Under the pieces are notes generated by a model. It was not told the origin of the DNA. It did no database searches and worked only from the letters and a program-made list of their open reading frames with translations. This document shows positions 63,518 to 64,000 of a stretch of 64,000 nucleotides of DNA, in pieces (positions within the stretch are counted from its first letter, which is position 1; each line of letters opens with the position of its first letter). This stretch comes from Macrostomum lignano (taxonomy: Eukaryota), in the NCBI GenBank assembly GCA_002269645.1, contig NIVC01000352.1:310001-374000 (forward strand). Reading direction: 5' to 3'. A program made the position numbers and the translations under genes.

Positions 63518-64000
63518 ATGCTTTTTTAATTTTACACTGTCACTGACCTTCAAAAGGTCATATGACCATATGTTTACATAAAACCTAGCCAACTTGGCTA
63601 TCTGACCAAGTGAAAAAGTAGACAAGGCAAACATTGCACAACTGATCAATAAATTATAAGTCTATAGAAACACTCAACCCTTGAGCAATATATATTTTTA
63701 ATTACTTGAACATTTTACTTACCTTTGTTTAAATATCTTAATTAGCTTCCTATATACTAAAATATAGTTATAATTATAGGCCATACTAGCAAGGATTTGC
63801 CATAAATTTTTTCAAAGTTGACAATCAATAAAAGTTAAAGAATCCCAAGAATCTCAAAAATTATAAAATCATTAATGTTTTAAATGGTTGACAATGGTTT
63901 TTTCCATGCTTAGGCAAACCTTGGGATTATTTGCAATACAAGCTGTTGAAACCCGCAGCTTCTCCTCTCTGCTTTCTTATCTCCTCTCTACTCTTTTATC

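Overview
Eukaryotic (animal) genomic DNA. GC-rich multi-exon genes have introns packed with locus-specific micro/minisatellites, SINEs, MITEs and decayed transposons. This style suggests a flatworm such as Macrostomum (inference, not verified). I reconstructed these genes by hand with phase-consistent GT-AG splicing: Phafin/PLEKHF (+, 4 exons), a DHHC palmitoyltransferase (+, 3 exons, one 1-nt frameshift), alpha-endosulfine/ARPP19 (-), intronless oligoribonuclease REXO2 (-), a bestrophin (+), a 23-exon ~1100-aa TRPA1-like channel (-), ZFR (-, 6 exons) and class I eIF4E (-). There is also a decayed TRPA 3' exon, an orphan ORF, and an intronless ORF resembling only the N-terminal TM-IMS-TM module of m-AAA/FtsH proteases. 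Most long ORFs in the supplied track are tandem-repeat artefacts. The two leads most worth testing are (1) kb-scale TE-relic domains almost free of CpG whose coding remnants also show CpA/TpG->TpA changes (RIP-like signature), and (2) the stand-alone FtsH-extracellular-like membrane protein. Repeat and TE boundaries are approximate unless a TSD or TIR is quoted.
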